Of a DNA stretch of 64,000 nucleotides, positions 58,460-64,000 are shown in pieces (position 1 is the stretch's first letter; every line of letters begins with the position of its first letter). The stretch covers positions 4,288,001 to 4,352,000 of the forward strand of contig CBDCXR010000004.1 of the NCBI GenBank assembly GCA_965223845.1, in the 5' to 3' direction. The notes below the pieces were generated by a model that had not been told where the DNA came from, did not search any database, and worked only from the letters and a program-made list of their open reading frames with translations. Both the position numbers and the translations under genes were made by a program. The stretch comes from Planctomycetota bacterium. Its GTDB lineage: Bacteria > Planctomycetota > UBA8108 > SXIK01.

Positions 58460-61363
58460 TCAGTTCAGGTACCGAAAGTCGACGCACGCAAGCAGCGCGT
58501 GACAGAGACCGGCCCACGCCTCCACCGCACGATCGTGGGACGTTCCGGTGCTCGCTTCAGCATCTCCGCCCCCCTCCCCTGCGTCAACGTCCACCTCGGA
58601 ACGGACGAAGCGAAGAGCGTCGGCCAGCTCGGCCGGGCGCGGAGTTCGCCCGAGAATCCGTCGATAGAGATCGTTCACGCGCTCGCGATCGCTCGCGCTC
58701 CCACTCGCGAGGACGCGCTCCGCCGCCGCGCGCGCGCCTTCGAGGACGAAATCACTGTTCATCAGCCAAAGGGCCTGCGCGGGAATCGAGCTCTCGACTC
58801 TAGCTCCGATCACGAGATTCGGATCGGCGAAATCGAACGCCTCGAGACCGGGATGAAGCGCGTTTCGAAAGACGGGGAGGTACACGCTCCGACGCGTCGA
58901 CTCGAAGCGGTACCCGAACTCGGAGCTGGTTCCCGGACGAATCGTGCCGCCGCGCTGACGCTCATCGAGCCGGCCGCTCACGTAGAGGATCGCGTCACGC
59001 ATCGCCTCGGCGTCGAGGCGCCGCCGGGGCGCACGCCAAAGGAGCCGATTCTCGGGGTCCGCTTCGAGGCCGCGCGCTCGAGCTTCGGTCGAGAGCCCCC
59101 ACGCCCGCGAAAGGAGGAGCTCGCGGATCATACGCTTCACCGACCAGCCGTCCTCGAGGAACCGGCACGCGAGGTAGTCGAGAAGCTCCGGGTGCGAAGG
59201 GGCTTCGCCCATCCGGCCGAAGTTGTCCGCCGTCCGAATGAGCCCATTCCCGAACACGATGTGCCAGACGCGATTTGCCATCACGCGAGCGGTGAGCGGG
59301 TGACGCCGATCGGTGAGCCACTCGGCGAGCTCGCGCCGTCCGCTCTCCTTCACCTCGAACGCGACCGGCGAGCGCGTCGCACTCGCGATGAATCCTCGCG
59401 GAACGACGTCTCCGAGAGTGTCGACGTTTCCTCGGATGCAGATCCGTGCGTCGGCGATTTCGTCCTCGTCGCGGACGGCCATCGCCTTCGGAATCGGCGG
59501 CGGGGCGCGTTTCGCGTGCTCGGCCTTTCGCTTCTCGAGCTGCTCGAGGCGCGTGCGCGCGGCGCGCTCGGCCACCGCGAGACGCTCCCGCGCGACCGCA
59601 GCTTCAGCTTGCTGCGGCGACGGCGTTTCCCGCTTCACTTCCTCCGGCGGAACGAACAATACCGCGTCAGCGATGACGTGGGCTCTCGTCCCCGAATTGC
59701 TCAGCGTGACCGTCGCCGTCGAACCCGCGGCGAACTCGAACATGCCGATGGAGACGAACTTTCCGAGCGGCGGCGGACGCGTCTCGTCGATGTGAACTCG
59801 GCGCTTCAGATTCCCCTGCTCGACGAGGACCGGAACTCGCTTCGCACGATTGGACCCTGGCGTGTACGCGACGCGGATCTCGTAGTTCCCCGGCGCGCGG
59901 ACATCGAACGGAAAGGAGATCGACTTTCGCCCTTTCTCCGAGTTGTCGTCGTGGAGATACCCTTCGCCGACGAATGCGGGGTGGTGAGTCGACTTCACCC
60001 ACTTGCCGACGAGACGAGCAGCGCGATCGTCGACGAGCACGCCGCGTGCCCCACCGGAGCTCGCTCGGTCGGCCTTCGTCTTCGCGAGCGCAGATCGGGC
60101 CTTCTTGATCGCGCCGTCGATCTTCGCGGCCTCTGCGCGGTGCGCTCTCCACAATTCGTCGAGCTGCGCGCCGTCCGAATTCGGGAGCGCGGTCTCCACA
60201 AATCCGGACACGTTGCCGGGAAGAAGCGTCTTCGTGCTGCGAAAGATCCCGGCGAGAGCGTAGTAGTCGCGAGTTGTCACCGGATCGAACTTGTGATCGT
60301 GACAGCGCGCACACCCGAGCGTGAGTCCCATGAACGCGCGACCGATCGTGTCGATCTGCTCGTCGACGACTTCCATGCGGAGAAGCTCTTTGTGCTGCTG
60401 GTCGAGATTCTTCGGTCCGACCGCGAGGAAACCGGTCGCGATGAGCGCCTCGGCTGCTTCCGCACCGTCCCGGTGAATGAGATCGCCGGCGAGCTGCTCG
60501 CGAACGAACTCGTCGAACGGCTTGTCGAACGAGAACGCGTCGATGACGTAGTCGCGATATCGCCAAGCGTTGTGAAAGAGGACGCTCCGGCCGCCCCCAC
60601 TCGACTCGGCGAAGCGAGCGACGTCGAGCCAGTGACGTCCCCAGCGCTCTCCGAAGCGTGGCGACGCGAGCAATCGATCGACGACTTTCTCCCACGCGAC
60701 CGGCGAAGGATCCGAGACGAACGCGTCGAGGTCCTCGGGAAGCGGCGGGAGCCCAGTGAGAACGACGGTCGCGCGCCGGATGAGGTCAGCGGGGTCGGCG
60801 TCGCCTACCGGCTCGATCGACTCGGCTTCCAATCGAGCGAGAATAAAACGATCGACATCGGTACGCGCCCAGTCACGCCGCGTCGGAGTCGGCACCGCCG
60901 GCGACACCGGAGGCGAGAACGCCCAGCGCAAACGCGCAGCGTCCGCAGGGTCGATCGTCTTCTCGGGTGGAGCGCGGTCCCCGGCCGGGTCCACCTTCCG
61001 CGGATCGTGCGCCCCGCGGGCCACCCAGCGCTCGAAGTCCGCGATCACCTCCGGCGGGAGCTTTCCTTTAGGCGGCATCTGCAGATCTTGATCGTCGTAG
61101 CGGATCGCTCGAACGAGGAGACTCGCGTCCGCGTCTCCGCGCAGGATCGCAGGACCGCGATCGCCGCCGCGCTCCCAGCCGCCGGCGAAGTCGAGGCGGA
61201 GTCCGCCCTTGGGCGCGCGACCGTTTTCGGGCGGCGAGTGACAGGACACGCAGTGCTCGACGAGCACGGGACGGATGCGGCGCTCGAAGAAGGCCTCGTC
61301 TGAAGCATTGCCGGCTTCTCCGACGACGCTCGCTAGCAGCAGACTAACAACACCCGGATTCAC
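58460..61363 (-). CDS. PSCyt1/DUF1549/DUF1553 Planctomycete cytochrome c protein with inserted golvesin-like domain
   Basis: FFERRIRPVL..HCVSCH, QMPP, ERWGRHWLDVARFAES, CARCHDHKFDP, PLTARVMANRVW, PSHPELLDYLA and RRLDAEAMRD. Confidence 0.95.
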   Translation of the reverse strand: MNPGVVSLLLASVVGEAGNASDEAFFERRIRPVLVEHCVSCHSPPENGRAPKGGLRLDFAGGWERGGDRGPAILRGDADASLLVRAIRYDDQDLQMPPKGKLPPEVIADFERWVARGAHDPRKVDPAGDRAPPEKTIDPADAARLRWAFSPPVSPAVPTPTRRDWARTDVDRFILARLEAESIEPVGDADPADLIRRATVVLTGLPPLPEDLDAFVSDPSPVAWEKVVDRLLASPRFGERWGRHWLDVARFAESSGGGRSVLFHNAWRYRDYVIDAFSFDKPFDEFVREQLAGDLIHRDGAEAAEALIATGFLAVGPKNLDQQHKELLRMEVVDEQIDTIGRAFMGLTLGCARCHDHKFDPVTTRDYYALAGIFRSTKTLLPGNVSGFVETALPNSDGAQLDELWRAHRAEAAKIDGAIKKARSALAKTKADRASSGGARGVLVDDRAARLVGKWVKSTHHPAFVGEGYLHDDNSEKGRKSISFPFDVRAPGNYEIRVAYTPGSNRAKRVPVLVEQGNLKRRVHIDETRPPPLGKFVSIGMFEFAAGSTATVTLSNSGTRAHVIADAVLFVPPEEVKRETPSPQQAEAAVARERLAVAERAARTRLEQLEKRKAEHAKRAPPPIPKAMAVRDEDEIADARICIRGNVDTLGDVVPRGFIASATRSPVAFEVKESGRRELAEWLTDRRHPLTARVMANRVWHIVFGNGLIRTADNFGRMGEAPSHPELLDYLACRFLEDGWSVKRMIRELLLSRAWGLSTEARARGLEADPENRLLWRAPRRRLDAEAMRDAILYVSGRLDERQRGGTIRPGTSSEFGYRFESTRRSVYLPVFRNALHPGLEAFDFADPNLVIGARVESSIPAQALWLMNSDFVLEGARAAAERVLASGSASDRERVNDLYRRILGRTPRPAELADALRFVRSEVDVDAGEGGGDAEASTGTSHDRAVEAWAGLCHALLACVDFRYLN

Positions 61364-61581
61364 GCGGACTCCTGCGAGTTAGTTCGGGTTCCTCGCCACT
61401 TCATCTCCCGCCCCGGAGTTCTTGCGGCCCATGCGATAACCGCTTTCCGACGACACCGTGGATTCCACCGAGCGATTCTCTCAGGCGGCACCGGAGAATT
61501 CCACTCACGCCGGCCAATGAGCGCGACGCGACGCGCTTCGTACGGTCGACGATTGCCGGCAAAGAATCTGCGGATCTTTTT

Positions 61582-61624
61582 TTGACACGCGCGGGATGTG
61601 TCAATAGAGTAACACCTGTTAACA
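61582..61624 (+). promoter_or_regulatory. Sigma70 promoter and probable BlaI/CopY-type operator
   Basis: TTGACA (61582-87), 17 nt, TAGAGT (61605-10). Inverted repeat TTGACAC-N9-GTGTCAA (61582-61604). TAACA-CC-TGTTA (61610-21) resembles TACA-N2-TGTA. Confidence 0.75.
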
Positions 61625-61652
61625 CATTGGCACTTCGAGAGGAGCCGCGGGA

Positions 61653-62042
61653 ATGGCGAAGAAGATCAAGCGCAAGCTGGCACCCCGGGAGCAGCAGATC
61701 ATGGACGTGCTCCACCAGCTCGGGAAGGCGTCCGTGGCCGAAGTGCGCGAGCGCCTCACCGATCCGCCGAGCTACTCCGCCGTGCGGACGATGCTCGGGC
61801 AGCTCGAACGAAAAGACCGAGTGCGGCGGGACCGCGACGGCGTGAAGCACCTTTACTCGGCGGTGGAGTCCAAGCGGTCCGCCAGCCGCTCCGCACTGCG
61901 GAGCGTGATCGAGACGTTCTTTCCCAAATCGGCCGGCGACGCACTCGCCGCGCTCATCGATGATTCGGCGAAAAAGCTCACGGACGAGGACCTCGACCGA
62001 CTCGAAGAAGCGATCGAGCGAGCTCGCAGAAAGGAACGGTAG
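61653..62042 (+). CDS. BlaI/MecI/CopY family transcriptional repressor
   Basis: GAGGAG RBS; LAPREQQIMDVL..LG.ASV.EV...SYSAVRTML..LERK...FF..S...A.AAL. Confidence 0.95.
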   Translation: MAKKIKRKLAPREQQIMDVLHQLGKASVAEVRERLTDPPSYSAVRTMLGQLERKDRVRRDRDGVKHLYSAVESKRSASRSALRSVIETFFPKSAGDALAALIDDSAKKLTDEDLDRLEEAIERARRKER

Positions 62043-62044
62043 GC

Positions 62045-64000
62045 ATGAACCTCCACGACATCTTATTCGGCAACGGCTCGATGGAGCGGGGATTCTCCGC
62101 AACCGCGTTTGTACTGGATACGGCCGCGAAGGTTGCGGTTCTGCTCGTCCTGGCCGGCTTGATGACGCTGATCCTCCGCAAGCGCACGGCGGCCACCGTG
62201 CATCGCGTCTGGGTGCTCGCGTTCTTCGGTTGCCTAGCCACCCCGCTCGTCACGCTGATCGCTCCGGCTTGGTCGCTGCCGATCCTTCCCGAGTCGACGC
62301 CCGAGGATGTGGCGCCGAGATCTGGCGTCATAGCGACTGCGATTCCGGCCCCGATCCCGCTCTCGCCGCCCGCGGCCGCCGGAGGTCTCGAGGCGGCGCT
62401 TCCGTCACCTTCGACGCCGGCGCCCTCATATGAACCTCCCGGCCTCACGAAACGAGCGACGACACCAGCGCCGGAGATCCGTCCTCCGCGCGAAGAACCA
62501 GCGTCCGGCGCAAACGACGATTGGTGGTCCTTTGCAGCGATCGCGGTGTGGCTCGGCGGCGTCCTCGCGTGTCTCGGGATCGCGATCCGCCAGCGCGTCC
62601 TGCTTCGCCGCCTGCTGAGACGGAGCGAGCCCATCGCCGAAGAGTCCTGGACGAGGACGGCAGCCGACGTGTCGCGAAGTCTCGAGTTCGACCGCCCCCT
62701 GCGGCTGAGACGAGTTTCGGATCTGCGGTCGCCGATGCTGGCCGGAATCCTTCAGCCCACCATTCTCCTCCCGGGCGACGCTGCGGAGTGGTCGCTAGAC
62801 CGACGGCGACTCGTACTGCTCCACGAAGCGGCTCACGCCAAGCGGCGTGACGTGTTCACGCAGACCATAGCGAGTCTCGTTTGCGCGCTTCACTGGTTCA
62901 ATCCGCTCGCTTGGTACGGACTCGCGCGCATGCGGCAACTGCGTGAGCTCGCCTGCGACGATCTCGTCGTCGCTCGAAGTCGTCAACCGGCGGACTACGC
63001 CGAGGTGCTCCTCGACGTCGCGAAGTCCTACCGGCATCGCAGTCTTCATATGGCGGTAGGAATGGCGCGGTGTTCGAACGTGGAGCGCCGGATCAGGGCC
63101 GTTCTCGACAGAGCGCGCAGTCGTGCCGCGCTCTCTCGAGGGATGGCTGGCGTACTGCTCGTCTGCGCCGCAGTCGTCGTCACGACGGTGGCGCCGATTC
63201 AGTTCGAGTCGGTCGCGAGCTCTCCCAAGATCGCCGCGAGCGACGCGGTGGAAGCCGAAGAAGACGCAGCTCCGCCGGCCGAGACGGAAGCGCCTTCGTC
63301 CTCCGACGAGTTGACGCAGGCAGAACCGGAACCGCTCACCATCGAGGTTCGAGTTCTCGACGAAGAAGGTCAGCCGCTCCCCGGTAGCAAGGTCCGAGTG
63401 TCGATCTGGGAGCTCGAGCGAACCGGCAAGTTTCCGACCACCGAGTACCCCACCGACGCCGACGGGATCGCGCGGGTGAAGCGCCCGCGCGGTCTGCGCA
63501 TCCTGCGGCTGTGGGCCAAGCGGCCCGGTCACGTCTCGGAATTCGTCAACTTCGCTCAGGGCTCTCACGAAGAGGGGCGCCTCATTCCCGATCAGTACGA
63601 ATTCAGGCTCGCGCGCGGCACGCGCCTCAGCGGCGTCGTTGTCGACGAGACCGGACGGCCGATCGCGGGCGCGAACGTGAAGGTTCGCGTCGACGTTCGC
63701 CAGCCGCGCTGGGGTGTGAATCCCGAACCGACGATTGATACGTGGATCTCGTCCGGCGGTGTACTCACCGATAAGGCCGGCCGGTGGCACGTAGACAACG
63801 CACCGGCCCCGCGGTCGCCGAACGACTTTCCGTTCCGGCTCAGGGTGACCCATTCGGACCACGTGGGCGATTCGGAGTGGGGTCAACTTCAGAAACAGCA
63901 GGGAGTAGGCTCCGATGCTCTGCGTGACGGCACAGCCAAGATCGTCGTTCCGTCGGGGGTCTCCGTTCGCGGGACGATCGTCGATTCGAAGGGGAACCCC
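62045..64000 (+). CDS. M56 (BlaR1/MecR1-like) metallopeptidase with carboxypeptidase-regulatory-like domains, truncated at the window edge
   Basis: Missing from the ORF track because it has no stop in the window. ATG 62045 reads MNLHDILF..AATVHRVW..SPMLAGILQPTILLP..VLLHEAAHAKRRD..HWFNPLAW..RELACDD, then VLDEEGQPLPG and GVVVDETGRPIAGA. Confidence 0.93.
   Translation, partial: MNLHDILFGNGSMERGFSATAFVLDTAAKVAVLLVLAGLMTLILRKRTAATVHRVWVLAFFGCLATPLVTLIAPAWSLPILPESTPEDVAPRSGVIATAIPAPIPLSPPAAAGGLEAALPSPSTPAPSYEPPGLTKRATTPAPEIRPPREEPASGANDDWWSFAAIAVWLGGVLACLGIAIRQRVLLRRLLRRSEPIAEESWTRTAADVSRSLEFDRPLRLRRVSDLRSPMLAGILQPTILLPGDAAEWSLDRRRLVLLHEAAHAKRRDVFTQTIASLVCALHWFNPLAWYGLARMRQLRELACDDLVVARSRQPADYAEVLLDVAKSYRHRSLHMAVGMARCSNVERRIRAVLDRARSRAALSRGMAGVLLVCAAVVVTTVAPIQFESVASSPKIAASDAVEAEEDAAPPAETEAPSSSDELTQAEPEPLTIEVRVLDEEGQPLPGSKVRVSIWELERTGKFPTTEYPTDADGIARVKRPRGLRILRLWAKRPGHVSEFVNFAQGSHEEGRLIPDQYEFRLARGTRLSGVVVDETGRPIAGANVKVRVDVRQPRWGVNPEPTIDTWISSGGVLTDKAGRWHVDNAPAPRSPNDFPFRLRVTHSDHVGDSEWGQLQKQQGVGSDALRDGTAKIVVPSGVSVRGTIVDSKGNP

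Noticed and set aside
58499-61303. 934-aa plus-strand ORF
   Set aside because: Antisense shadow of the well-supported DUF1549/DUF1553 gene.
62795-63886. 363-aa minus-strand ORF
   Set aside because: Antisense to the M56 peptidase gene, which the ORF track missed because it runs off the window.
1-64000. tRNA, rRNA or known riboswitches
   Set aside because: No cloverleaf or rRNA-like segment was recognised in the intergenic spaces. A covariance-model scan would be needed to exclude them fully.

Overview
GC-rich bacterial DNA that looks like Planctomycetota. The signature families are DUF1552/DUF1592, DUF1549/DUF1553 with DUF1501, TIGR02603/02604-type heme proteins, DUF1080, a TIGR03067 domain and a BlaI/M56 pair. 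The window is mostly exported catabolic and redox genes: four Cys-type sulfatase domains, GH49-like and GH5-like glycosidases, two FAD oxidoreductases, two Tat-exported Gfo/Idh/MocA proteins, ApbE, a DMFase-like hydrolase, an S9-type hydrolase, a lamin-tail/CotH protein and several c-type heme proteins. The strongest candidate for an undescribed system is an AT-richer islet at about 28750-31390. It holds one gene with a TerB-like segment, two SAP-like motifs and a PD-(D/E)xK nuclease domain, no methyltransferase, a hairpin-rich leader and a 9-bp flanking direct repeat; it may be a stand-alone defence nuclease. Other oddities are an internally duplicated di-CxxCH protein, a GyrI-like + Cys/His-rich GGCT-like gene pair, an ApbE with an internal deletion next to a Tat substrate with a near-flavinylation motif, a tandem lipocalin-TIGR03067 fusion, a double sulfatase, and decayed integrase and WD40 relics. 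No rRNA, tRNA or CRISPR array was recognised. All family assignments come from reading motifs by eye, not from database searches.
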